Below, piece by piece: positions 36,135 to 45,486 of a DNA stretch of 64,000 nucleotides; the stretch's first letter is position 1, and every line of letters begins with the position of its first letter. The notes under the pieces are model-generated. The model was not told the DNA's origin and did not search any database. It saw nothing but the letters and a program-made list of their open reading frames with translations. The DNA comes from a virus. A program made the position numbers and the translations under genes. The DNA is taken from positions 35,578 through 99,577 of IMG/VR virus record IMGVR_UViG_3300046002_004363; one strand, given 5' to 3'.

Positions 36135-37971
36135 AGATATGAAAGTAGCGGTATTTAACAACATTAACGATACGTCTGAACCAAGATATGTAGAGGTTAG
36201 TAAGATATTAAAGGCGATAAAAGATGGAGCTTTTAAGGATAAGGTAGAAGCTATTAGAAACGAGAACGATAAGGGTAATCAAAGTAGATTAAAGTCGTCT
36301 TTAACATCAATACTATTCTCTTCATCTAAACAAGAAGGTGTTGAATCAGGTAGAAACAATAAGGTTTCCTGGAGAACAGATAAGGGATTGGTAGAGCATA
36401 GCGGTCTTATGTGTCTTGACTTAGATAAGTTTAGTAATGAGTTCGAGATGATTTCTATTAAGGATGATTTAATGAATGATGACTATGTATTCTCTGTATT
36501 CGTATCTCCATCTGGTGAAGGTTTAAAGGTATTAGTTAAAGTTCCAACTCAAATTGAAAACCACAGGAAATACTTTTATGGTCTTAAGGAACACTTTAAT
36601 TCACCTAACTTTGATGATTCTTGTGTTAATGAGGCAAGAGTTTGTTATGTTTCTTACGATGAAGGCATTTACATAAATGAGGATTCTTTAGTATTCGATA
36701 AGATGCTTGAACAAAAAACTCAAATAGTAGAGGTTAAGGAAGTAAAGGTTCAGGTTAAGGCTGATAATAATAGAATTATAGACGGTCTTTATAAGTGGTG
36801 GTCAGATAGATACGGTCTTATAGACGGAGAAAGAAATAGGAATACCTACATCCTTGCTATGGCTTTCAATGAATTTGGAATACCAGAGTTACAAGCTAAG
36901 TCTTTTATGTCTCAGTTCGAACACACTGGTTTTGAAATTCAAGAGATTAATTCTTGTATAGAGAGTGCTTATAATAAGACACACGTATTTGGAACTAAGT
37001 CATTTACAGATGAAGAGACCATAATAAAAGAATACCTACCTAATGATGTAGCTCCAAAACAAAGTATATCTGTAAACCTTGAGAATATATACAAGGCTTC
37101 ATTTGTTGATGTGACTAAGAAGATTGAGTATCCACCAGTAGCTGTATCAATTGGAACACACAGAATGGGAAGTAAAGATTTCCCTATACCATTTGGAACT
37201 TACGGAAACTTTAGTTGTATTGTTGGGGCATCTAAGTCTAAGAAGACATTCTTAAAGTCTCTGATTACAGCATCATTTATTGGAGGTCAAACATCTAACT
37301 ATACATCTTCTATAAAAAGCCACAGAGATAGAGAATGCTTTATCATTGATTTGGATACTGAGCAATCAAGTTGGCACGCACAGAATGTATTTAAGAGGGT
37401 TACAAGATTAGTTGGTGTTGAAAATTACGAGTTTTATAAACCATTTGCATTAAGACCATACGAACCTAAAGAGAGACTTCAGTTTATAGAGTGGTTGATT
37501 TACGAAAGCGAGATGAAGGATAATATCGGTTTTATAGCAATTGATGGTCTTGCAGATTTAGTTAATGACTTTAATGATCTAAAAGAAAGTCAGGCTGTAA
37601 TACAAAAAGTTATGACTTGGACTGATGATAAGCAATTTCACTTAACAACTATCTTGCACTCCAACTTTGGAACTACTAAAGCTGTAGGGCATATAGGTTC
37701 ATCTATGTTAAAGAAGGCAGAAACTGTATGTCAAGTAACTCCAGAAGGTGATTGTGTTAAAGCTCACTTTAGCCACACAAGGGGATTTCCAATAGCAGAT
37801 TTTTGTTATTCAGTTAATGAAGATGGTCTTCCGTACTTATTGAATGAGAATGCAGAACCTATAATTAGAAAGGCTGTAAAGGAAATTGATGAGTGTGATG
37901 CTCCATTACCGACACCAACACCAGACCAAGCATTTGGACCAATAGATATTAATAACGCAATACCATTTTAA
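36124..37971 (+). CDS. Primase-helicase (BT4734/VirE-N-like + PriCT + AAA domain)
   Basis: HSGLMCLDLD, FVSPSGEGLK, GERN; GASKSKKT, DLDTEQ, IAIDG, GHIGS. Confidence 0.85.
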   Translation: MKNKDMKVAVFNNINDTSEPRYVEVSKILKAIKDGAFKDKVEAIRNENDKGNQSRLKSSLTSILFSSSKQEGVESGRNNKVSWRTDKGLVEHSGLMCLDLDKFSNEFEMISIKDDLMNDDYVFSVFVSPSGEGLKVLVKVPTQIENHRKYFYGLKEHFNSPNFDDSCVNEARVCYVSYDEGIYINEDSLVFDKMLEQKTQIVEVKEVKVQVKADNNRIIDGLYKWWSDRYGLIDGERNRNTYILAMAFNEFGIPELQAKSFMSQFEHTGFEIQEINSCIESAYNKTHVFGTKSFTDEETIIKEYLPNDVAPKQSISVNLENIYKASFVDVTKKIEYPPVAVSIGTHRMGSKDFPIPFGTYGNFSCIVGASKSKKTFLKSLITASFIGGQTSNYTSSIKSHRDRECFIIDLDTEQSSWHAQNVFKRVTRLVGVENYEFYKPFALRPYEPKERLQFIEWLIYESEMKDNIGFIAIDGLADLVNDFNDLKESQAVIQKVMTWTDDKQFHLTTILHSNFGTTKAVGHIGSSMLKKAETVCQVTPEGDCVKAHFSHTRGFPIADFCYSVNEDGLPYLLNENAEPIIRKAVKEIDECDAPLPTPTPDQAFGPIDINNAIPF

Positions 37972-37974
37972 GAT

Positions 37975-38214
37975 ATGAAATTAATAGAAAAGTTTGAAAG
38001 AATTAAAATAAGTCAAAAAAACACAACTGCAACTTTAAATATAGATTTAGATACAGCAAAAGAATGTGAACAAATAGTAGATGAAGTTGCTATTGAATTT
38101 GGTAATTGGTTGAATAACCATGTAATTAACACTGATGGTAGACATCATAATTTATGTTTTAATAGTAGAGTAAGTCAATTATTTCCTATATTTAAAAAAG
38201 AAAAAGGACTATGA
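37975..38214 (+). CDS. Small protein, FKKEKGL family
   Basis: Paralogous to 38211 and 40158. Confidence 0.6.
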   Translation: MKLIEKFERIKISQKNTTATLNIDLDTAKECEQIVDEVAIEFGNWLNNHVINTDGRHHNLCFNSRVSQLFPIFKKEKGL

Positions 38215-38480
38215 AATTAGTAGATAAAATACAAGAGGCACGCAGTAATAAACTTAGCGATTACTCTAAAATTTACACACCTACCGCTGAAGTTATTGAG
38301 GGGATAGCAGATGAGTTTGCTTTAAGTTTTATTGATTGGTATAATACTTCCGAAACTTGCGAAAGGTATTTAAGAAGGAATTATCCGAAAAATATAACAA
38401 TGTGCGGTTCTCACTATAAAAAAGTTTTAGAGGTTAATAAAGAACTATTAGAAATCTTCAAAAAGGAAAAAGGACTGTGA
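38211..38480 (+). CDS. Small protein, FKKEKGL family
   Basis: DEFA..F..W...ELLEIFKKEKGL. Confidence 0.6.
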   Translation: MKLVDKIQEARSNKLSDYSKIYTPTAEVIEGIADEFALSFIDWYNTSETCERYLRRNYPKNITMCGSHYKKVLEVNKELLEIFKKEKGL

Positions 38481-38854
38481 AGACATACACCATAAAAGAT
38501 ATAGCTGAGTATTGCAATATAGATAAAACAACTATAACGCATAGAATGAAGGTATTAGGTATAGTAAAGGATAATAGGAGGAGCGGTAAGGTACTTTACT
38601 TTGATGAAGAAGAGTTTGAGAGTATTATAAACTTCAAGAAGAGTCCTTCTAAGAGGTTGTATTCATCACTTATGTATTCAAAGAAGAAGATATATATAAT
38701 AGAGTATTTCTTGTCTAATAAAGATAATTCAAGCCCAGAGATTGCATCTTACTTCGATGTACCTGAGAGTTTTGTAAATGCCACGCTTACAGAATATTTA
38801 GAAAATAATTCAACAATTTTAGTTGGTAGTAAAATTAATTTAGTAGATTTGTAA
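38477..38854 (+). CDS. Double-HTH DNA-binding protein
   Basis: TIKDIAEYCNIDKTTI and SSPEIASYFDVPESFV. Confidence 0.65.
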   Translation: MKTYTIKDIAEYCNIDKTTITHRMKVLGIVKDNRRSGKVLYFDEEEFESIINFKKSPSKRLYSSLMYSKKKIYIIEYFLSNKDNSSPEIASYFDVPESFVNATLTEYLENNSTILVGSKINLVDL

Positions 38855-38865
38855 AAAAATAAGAT

Positions 38866-39087
38866 ATGGAAAAAACAGCAGTAGAATGGTTATGTGAACA
38901 ATATCATTTAAAACAAGATATAGAAATAGTTAAACAAGCCAAAGAAATGGAAAAGCAACAGATAATTGATGCACACGGGAATCAGACAAAAAAATCTGGT
39001 GGAATTTCAAATTACACCTACATATTAACTGGTGAGGAATATTATAACAAAACGTTTACTAATCGTTTAAACATAAACCCTAAATAA
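38866..39087 (+). CDS. TAVEWL-family small protein
   Basis: KTAVEWL...AKEMEKQQIIDA. Confidence 0.65.
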   Translation: MEKTAVEWLCEQYHLKQDIEIVKQAKEMEKQQIIDAHGNQTKKSGGISNYTYILTGEEYYNKTFTNRLNINPK

Positions 39088-39130
39088 TGGGGTTTTAATT
39101 GACATAAAAAGTAAGCTAAAAATATAAAAA

Positions 39131-39352
39131 ATGAAACAAACAGCAGTAGAATGGTTATTAGAGCAACTTAAAATAAATAATTATATACAATTAAGTGATA
39201 ATGCTCATTGGGTAATTGATGAAGCCAAAGAAATGGAAAAGGAACATATTATAAATGCTTTTGAAATAGGTTATGAAAATGGCGCTGGTGTTAACGAAGG
39301 CGAGGGTATTCATTACGGAAGTAATTATTATAATGAAAAATTTAAAAAATAA
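39131..39352 (+). CDS. TAVEWL-family small protein
   Basis: KQTAVEWL...AKEMEKEHIINA. Confidence 0.65.
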   Translation: MKQTAVEWLLEQLKINNYIQLSDNAHWVIDEAKEMEKEHIINAFEIGYENGAGVNEGEGIHYGSNYYNEKFKK

Positions 39353-39355
39353 GAT

Positions 39356-39541
39356 ATGGAATTACAACTTAAATCATACGGAAAAACAATAACCTTTAAA
39401 ACTGAACACGATGATGTTTCTTTAGAGGAATACTTTGAGGCTTTTGAAGGATTACTTGTTCAAGCTACATTTAATCAAAAAAGTGTTAGAGAGTTTATTA
39501 TAGAGTGGGGAAAAGAATTAGAGGATTTTAAAGACAAATAA
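39356..39541 (+). CDS. Hypothetical protein
   Basis: TAAGATATG start context. Confidence 0.55.
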   Translation: MELQLKSYGKTITFKTEHDDVSLEEYFEAFEGLLVQATFNQKSVREFIIEWGKELEDFKDK

Positions 39542-39544
39542 GAT

Positions 39545-39832
39545 ATGGGAAAAGAAATGATTGAAGAAGTTTGTTCGTTTTGCAATGGAACAGGTCAAGT
39601 AGTATCTTCTACAACAATAAGTAGATTTAAAACTTGTGATTGTAAAATCATTCCAAAAGAAGAAATTAAACAAGAAAGAAGTTATAGCGAAGAAGATGTG
39701 AAATACGCTTACGAACAAGGAGCAATATTAGCCTTACTTAGTCAGTCGCCTTTAGCATTGCATAAGGGAGAGTTTCCAAATCCTGAAGAATGGTTTAACC
39801 AATATAAAGAAGAAAATAAGATATGGATATAA
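39545..39832 (+). CDS. Small protein with DnaJ-type CxxCxGxG finger
   Basis: CSFCNGTG...CDC plus YSEEDV module. Confidence 0.55.
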   Translation: MGKEMIEEVCSFCNGTGQVVSSTTISRFKTCDCKIIPKEEIKQERSYSEEDVKYAYEQGAILALLSQSPLALHKGEFPNPEEWFNQYKEENKIWI

Positions 39833-40122
39833 AATGTTATTGCGGTCATACAGATAGATGTGATTGCGAGCCTGAGATAGAGGTAATTAAAAGTCAAGAG
39901 CTTTTGTTTAATGGGAATACCATAAAGATTAAGTTCGAAGAGTGGCATCATCAATGTGGTGATGGTTGTTGTGATAGCTACGGAACATACTTATACTTGA
40001 ATGGTAAGAAATTAGAACACCCTAATTCTGAAATACACGATAATAGTTACTTAGGAGAAGATGTTCAGACTGCTTTAGAGGCTGTATTAAAAGAGTTAGG
40101 ATATAAAGTTGAGTTTGATTAG
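39823..40122 (+). CDS. Cys-rich hypothetical protein
   Basis: CYCGH..CDC, CGDGCC. Confidence 0.6.
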   Translation: MDIKCYCGHTDRCDCEPEIEVIKSQELLFNGNTIKIKFEEWHHQCGDGCCDSYGTYLYLNGKKLEHPNSEIHDNSYLGEDVQTALEAVLKELGYKVEFD

Positions 40123-40157
40123 AGAATAGTATTTACGAATTATTTAGAGAGTAAGAT

Positions 40158-40352
40158 ATGACGACACTACAATACGAAGATAGTAATTATAGACAAAAGC
40201 AATTACAAAAAGAAAAAGAAGATTTTGCTATTAAATTTTCTGAATGGGTAGAAAGTTTAAGAAGTAGTGAAATTGACACTATTGACTATGACTTATACTT
40301 AAAATACAATACGGAAGAACTATTAGAAATTTATAAAAAAGAAATAAAATGA
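40158..40352 (+). CDS. Small protein, FKKEKGL family
   Basis: DFAIKFSEW...ELLEIYKKE. Confidence 0.55.
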   Translation: MTTLQYEDSNYRQKQLQKEKEDFAIKFSEWVESLRSSEIDTIDYDLYLKYNTEELLEIYKKEIK

Positions 40353-41032
40353 GCTTAAGAATACTTCACGTCTCAGATACCCATTCCTATCATTATTTAT
40401 TAAAAATACCTAATAACATTGATATGATTATACATTCAGGTGATTGTAGTAATTCAAGAGACCCTTACAACAATGAACCAGAGGTTAGAGACTTCATTGA
40501 TTGGTATAAAGAATTACCTATAAAATACAAGATTTATGTTGCAGGCAATCACGATACCTCAATTGAGAAAAAACTTGTAACAAAGAAAGATTTCGAAGAT
40601 GCTGGTATTATTTATCTTGAAAATGAATCTGTAACAATTGATGGGATTAAGATATTTGGATCACCACACACACCTAACTTTGGTAATTGGGCTTTTATGA
40701 AGGAAAGAACAAAGCTTGAGAGATTCTGGAGATTGGCAATTGATGAAGATGTAGATATTGTTGTAACTCACGGACCACCAAAAGGAATCTTAGATAAGTC
40801 TTACGACCAAAGAAATAATATAGAATCTTGCGGAGATAAGTCTTTATTAAATAGGATATTAGAGGTACAGCCTGCTTATTGTCTTTTTGGACATATCCAC
40901 AACTGCAAAGATATTATTAATGCTGGTGTGCAAAAATTAAGTATTTGCGATACTTGGTTTAGTAATGGCTCAGTTGTAACAGATGGTAGATTTGGTAAAT
41001 TAAGTAGTAACGGAAATATATTTGAAATATGA
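40349..41032 (+). CDS. Metallophosphoesterase
   Basis: SDTH, HSGD, AGNHD, THGPP, FGHIH. Confidence 0.92.
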   Translation: MSLRILHVSDTHSYHYLLKIPNNIDMIIHSGDCSNSRDPYNNEPEVRDFIDWYKELPIKYKIYVAGNHDTSIEKKLVTKKDFEDAGIIYLENESVTIDGIKIFGSPHTPNFGNWAFMKERTKLERFWRLAIDEDVDIVVTHGPPKGILDKSYDQRNNIESCGDKSLLNRILEVQPAYCLFGHIHNCKDIINAGVQKLSICDTWFSNGSVVTDGRFGKLSSNGNIFEI

Positions 41033-41334
41033 AAAAATGGCTAAAACAAAAAATAGCTAAGTGGCTAAAAATTACAGATGAAGACATTAAGGCGAATGAT
41101 TATTATCATCCTAAGCTTTTTGGAGAAGGTAAAACTGTTTCTTATGAAATAAAAGGGCTAGCCGAATCATTTTGTCAATTAACAGAGTGGACCAATGGAG
41201 AAGGTTACGACATATCTTTTCAAACAAAAACAGATACAAAGAATAATACTTGGGAAGATAAAAGAATATCTTTACACACAGATGAACTTGATGTATTCTT
41301 CGCTTGCCTTAATCACTTTAAATACTTTGGGTAA
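41029..41334 (+). CDS. Hypothetical protein
   Basis: TEWTNGEGYDI motif. Confidence 0.6.
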   Translation: MKKWLKQKIAKWLKITDEDIKANDYYHPKLFGEGKTVSYEIKGLAESFCQLTEWTNGEGYDISFQTKTDTKNNTWEDKRISLHTDELDVFFACLNHFKYFG

Positions 41335-41673
41335 ATGAAAGAATTAGAATCAGTAAGGATGAAGCTTTGGTGCGATGTATATGTAGCTTATGTATCAGCA
41401 CCTAATACTATTAAGAATGATGGAGCTTATATATGGGCTAACATTGCGTTAAGAAGATTTGATGAAACATTTAAAGAAGAAGAAAATGAGAATAAAGGTG
41501 GAATTTGAAATAGAAGTTGAAGATGGTTTTTGGTTTAATCCAGATTGCCCAGAAGAAACCGAGTGGTTTATGAATATGCTCAATGATAAAGAAAATACGT
41601 TTGCAATACTTCATAGTAATGATGTTGGAGATAGTTTAGGTCAGTCAAATAATTTTAAATACGAAATAATAAA

Positions 41674-42096
41674 ATGAGAAAGTTTAAATTAGCAAAGAGC
41701 TATCCAGGAAGTCCTGAATTAGGTGTAGAAGTAGAGAGACATACGGAATCTGCGTCTCAGTTTTATAGAACTGAAGATAAAACAATTTCTATTTTTAAAT
41801 CACATGTTGAAGACAACCCTGAATATTGGGAAGAGATTATCGAAAATAAGTTTATGGTATCTACAAGAAATTCAGCTTTTCTAAATGCGTATAGCGTAGC
41901 AAAAGTAAACCCTAATTATAAATGCAATGAATATGAGGTATTGTTCAATTCAAGAGAACACGCTAAGGAATTTATACTTTACAATAAACCTTGCTTGAGT
42001 TATTGGGATTTGATGTGGAACTTTGTGGAGGATACAAAAAATAATAGGCTTAATGTAAATATAGATGAATTAGTTGAATTAATAAAGACAAAGTAA
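41674..42096 (+). CDS. Hypothetical protein
   Basis: YPGSPELG...VEDNPEYWEE. Confidence 0.6.
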   Translation: MRKFKLAKSYPGSPELGVEVERHTESASQFYRTEDKTISIFKSHVEDNPEYWEEIIENKFMVSTRNSAFLNAYSVAKVNPNYKCNEYEVLFNSREHAKEFILYNKPCLSYWDLMWNFVEDTKNNRLNVNIDELVELIKTK

Positions 42097-42098
42097 AT

Positions 42099-42371
42099 AT
42101 GACGGTAGAAGAAAGACTTAATAAATACAACGAAGAAGCCGTAGATATCCTGTTTGAACCTCAACCAAAAACAGAAAAGTTTGAAGGATTTATAAGTGTA
42201 TTTGAAAACAAAAAAGATAATATTATGAATAAAGAAAGACAATACCTTGAGTTAATAAAGTCTCAGGAACAAATAATTAAAGATTTAAAGGCAAGTAATT
42301 ATATTATACTGCTCTGGGGAATTATAGCAGGATTTACACTTGCACACGCAATATTAACCTTAACAAAGTAA
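42099..42371 (+). CDS. Membrane protein with C-terminal TM helix
   Basis: YIILLWGIIAGFTLAHAILTL. Confidence 0.55.
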   Translation: MTVEERLNKYNEEAVDILFEPQPKTEKFEGFISVFENKKDNIMNKERQYLELIKSQEQIIKDLKASNYIILLWGIIAGFTLAHAILTLTK

Positions 42372-42548
42372 ACTATGAGCTGTACATCACATCAAATCGA
42401 ATTAGAAAGACTTCATAAAGAGTTAGAGGAAGTTATGAAAGAAATCGACTTCTACTATCTTCAAGGCCACAATGACGAGACCTTAAATAGAAAATACCAC
42501 AAACTACTATCAGAGATTAATCAAACTAAATTAAGTAAATTTTAAGAT

Positions 42549-43046
42549 ATGAAGGAGACAATAAACTTTTTAAAGGATAATAAAGGGAAGTATCTTAACT
42601 TCAAGGATATAAACAAGACGTACTACACTGATTCATTTGTAAATGCAACACCAATACCAAACATTAAGGATGCAATTAAATTAGCAGAACACTTTAAGTT
42701 AGAGGTTAAGAGTGTTGATGTTGAGTTATTCAAGACGGAATACTCTAAGATAGTATCAAAGATATTAGTTGTTGGTGAGTTATTATACAGAGAATTGAAT
42801 AGGTATAATGATGACATACCAGTTATTCCAGGATTAAATAAACATGTTAGGAATGCTGTTCGTAATGCTTCAGATAAGTTAAAGGCTTTCCATAAACTAT
42901 CTGATTCTATTGTTGCAACTGGTAAAGACGAGTTATTTTTCGAGGCTTCAGGAGACTTTGAGGAGTTAATGAATTGCATTGTTGATGGTCTTGAGAAAGA
43001 TACTATGAAAGATTTGGTAAAAAAACTTAAGAAAAACACTAAATAA
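42549..43046 (+). CDS. Hypothetical protein
   Basis: TAAGATATG start context. Confidence 0.6.
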   Translation: MKETINFLKDNKGKYLNFKDINKTYYTDSFVNATPIPNIKDAIKLAEHFKLEVKSVDVELFKTEYSKIVSKILVVGELLYRELNRYNDDIPVIPGLNKHVRNAVRNASDKLKAFHKLSDSIVATGKDELFFEASGDFEELMNCIVDGLEKDTMKDLVKKLKKNTK

Positions 43047-43089
43047 TCAAATTTTTTTATATAACTTTGACATCAAATAAGAAATTATT

Positions 43090-43536
43090 ATGGCGAAGTA
43101 TGATAGAAGATTAATTAAATCGAAGAAGATTACCATTGATGGTATCAACTTCTCGTCTCGTTTAGAGGGTACAATGTACAAACTTCTTAAGGAAAACAAT
43201 ATAAAATTTAAATACGAGTCAGAGAGCTACACACTTTCTGACTCTTTCATTTTCAATAATAATTACCACGCAAGGTTATCATCTGGTAAAGGTGATTATA
43301 TTAATCGTGGTTTTAAGAAGGTAAATGATATGTCTTATAAACCTGACTTTGTAATTAGACATAATGACTATTATGCAATCATAGAGACCAAAGGTTTACC
43401 AACAGAACCTTACAATATGCGAATGAAGCTATTTAAGAGTATGTTAAATCGACAGAATATTAAATGTGACATATATGTTCCGCAAACAAATTTAGAGTGC
43501 GTAGAAACGATTAAATTAATCCTTGAAAGAATATAA
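43090..43536 (+). CDS. PD-(D/E)xK endonuclease (DUF1064/T7 endonuclease I-like; possible resolvase)
   Basis: DGINFSSRLE...YKPDF...IETKG; promoter at 43062-43069. Confidence 0.8.
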   Translation: MAKYDRRLIKSKKITIDGINFSSRLEGTMYKLLKENNIKFKYESESYTLSDSFIFNNNYHARLSSGKGDYINRGFKKVNDMSYKPDFVIRHNDYYAIIETKGLPTEPYNMRMKLFKSMLNRQNIKCDIYVPQTNLECVETIKLILERI

Positions 43537-43542
43537 ATAAAG

Positions 43543-43773
43543 ATGGAAATTAAACACCCAAGACACCAAGTAAATAAGGCACTCCTAGAAAGCGAGAGAA
43601 TTGTCTTAATCAATCGAATGATGAAAAAAATTAATCAAGCAACTGATTTCTTGTACGAGAGTATGGTAGACCACGAAAGAGCCTACACATTTTCTGCGAT
43701 AGATAAGATACAATCTTACTGCGAGGAAATCAAGAATGACTTTGATAAATACCTAAAAAAAGATGGACAATAA
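43543..43773 (+). CDS. Hypothetical protein
   Basis: Operon context. Confidence 0.5.
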   Translation: MEIKHPRHQVNKALLESERIVLINRMMKKINQATDFLYESMVDHERAYTFSAIDKIQSYCEEIKNDFDKYLKKDGQ

Positions 43774-45046
43774 TCTTAAAGAAAAATTATTAAATAGAGT
43801 TAGCGAACTTTATTTAGAGAGTCAGAATATAACTCAGTCTTGTATCACTGCTTGTCGTGAGAGTGAGGTTGAGTATAACGACAGTTTACGGAGGTCTTTC
43901 TCAAAGAAATTAAAAGACTTAGGTCTTACAAATGACTCTGAGTCAGATAGTAATAATTACTCAAACGATAAAGAAAAAAAACCTAAAGGATTTACAGCTA
44001 TAGGTCCTGATGGTCAGTTAATGTCTATTGAGAAGTATTGCGAGTTTTATGGTTTAGATTGTAGTAAGATTAGGAGTTATAAATTAATATCTCACTCAGG
44101 AATACCATTTTACAATGTTGTATTTTATTCTTCTGAAGATGAGGTTATGTTTAACCTTGAAGATAGCTTTGAAGAAATAGTAAAGAAACATATAAAACCA
44201 GTTGTCTTTGAAGATCTAAAAACGTTAGACAATAATGATTGGTTTGATAGACTTGTTTATACTGACACCCATATAGCTATGAATGTAAATGGTAAGGATG
44301 GAGATTCTTTATATGAAGGGAAGTGGGATAAAGAAGAGGTATTAAATAGGTTGCATAAAATGATTAGTCACGTTAAGAGATTCTCTACATGTAATACATT
44401 GATTATAGATGATTTAGGTGATTTTATGGATGGTCTTGGAGGTAATACAACTAGAAAAGGTCACGAACTTCCTCAGAATATGAATGACAAAGAGGCTTTT
44501 GATTTAGCCTTAGAGTTTAAGATTTACTTAGTAGATTCATTGATTCATAGTTATGATACAATAGTTTGTAATAATATAACCAATGACAACCACTCAGGAG
44601 TATTTTCTTACTTTGTTTCTCAAGCTGTAAAGAATATTTTAGAAGCTAAATACCCTAACAAAGTTTATGTAAACTCTATAAAGAGATTTATACACCATTA
44701 CTCTGTTGGTAATCATACATTTGTAATATCTCACGGAAAAGATATTGGTGAGCAGAAGTTTGGATTTAAACCAAAGTTAGATGCTATTCAGGCTGAAAAG
44801 ATAGACCAATATTGTAAGGAACATAGATTGTATAATGGTAATTACATAGAATTTAGTAAAGGTGATTCTCATCAAGCTATATATGACGATACTACAAGTA
44901 ATGATTTCAGTTACTATAACTATCCAGCATTCTCTCCTCCAAGCAATTGGGTTAAGACCAACTTTAAGAATAGTAAGTCTGGATTTAATTTTTTCAATAT
45001 AGATAAAGAAAATAATACAAAAATATCAATACCTTACTGGTTTTAA
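43763..45046 (+). CDS. Metallophosphoesterase-domain protein
   Basis: TDTH, LGDFMDG, NDNH, SHG, GDSH. Confidence 0.75.
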   Translation: MDNNLKEKLLNRVSELYLESQNITQSCITACRESEVEYNDSLRRSFSKKLKDLGLTNDSESDSNNYSNDKEKKPKGFTAIGPDGQLMSIEKYCEFYGLDCSKIRSYKLISHSGIPFYNVVFYSSEDEVMFNLEDSFEEIVKKHIKPVVFEDLKTLDNNDWFDRLVYTDTHIAMNVNGKDGDSLYEGKWDKEEVLNRLHKMISHVKRFSTCNTLIIDDLGDFMDGLGGNTTRKGHELPQNMNDKEAFDLALEFKIYLVDSLIHSYDTIVCNNITNDNHSGVFSYFVSQAVKNILEAKYPNKVYVNSIKRFIHHYSVGNHTFVISHGKDIGEQKFGFKPKLDAIQAEKIDQYCKEHRLYNGNYIEFSKGDSHQAIYDDTTSNDFSYYNYPAFSPPSNWVKTNFKNSKSGFNFFNIDKENNTKISIPYWF

Positions 45047-45059
45047 AAAAAACAAAAAT

Positions 45060-45443
45060 ATGGAAATAAATAAAGCAATTGAAATGGTATCACAATTTAT
45101 GATAGCTTGTGACCAAGAAGTAAAGGGGAGACCATCTAATGTAGAAGATAAAGTAGCTTCACTTAGATATAACCTTATGTCTGAAGAGAATAGAGAGTAC
45201 TTTGTGGCTTGCTTACAGAATAATAAAGTAGAAATACTTGATGCCTTAATTGATATGGCGTATGTATTATTTGGTACAGTCGCTGCACACGGAATGACTG
45301 AAGAGTTTATCAAGGGATTTACTTTGGTTCACGAGAATAATATGACTAAGGTTCAAGATGATGGAAAGGTGTTGAAGAATCCTGATGGTAAGATTTTAAA
45401 GCCTATGGGATATACATCTGTTAATCTGAATGCATTATTATAA
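45060..45443 (+). CDS. MazG-like/PRA-PH NTP pyrophosphohydrolase
   Basis: EENRE...EILDALID..YV..G...VHENNMTK...DGKILKP. Confidence 0.85.
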   Translation: MEINKAIEMVSQFMIACDQEVKGRPSNVEDKVASLRYNLMSEENREYFVACLQNNKVEILDALIDMAYVLFGTVAAHGMTEEFIKGFTLVHENNMTKVQDDGKVLKNPDGKILKPMGYTSVNLNALL

Positions 45444-45446
45444 AAC

Positions 45447-45482
45447 AAAAAAGGAGGGGAATTTAACCCCTCCAATTTTTTT
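45447..45482. terminator. Bidirectional terminator where the two genome arms converge
   Basis: AAAAAGGAGGGG-aatttaa-CCCCTCCAATTTTTTT. Confidence 0.75.
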
Positions 45483-45486
45483 ATCC

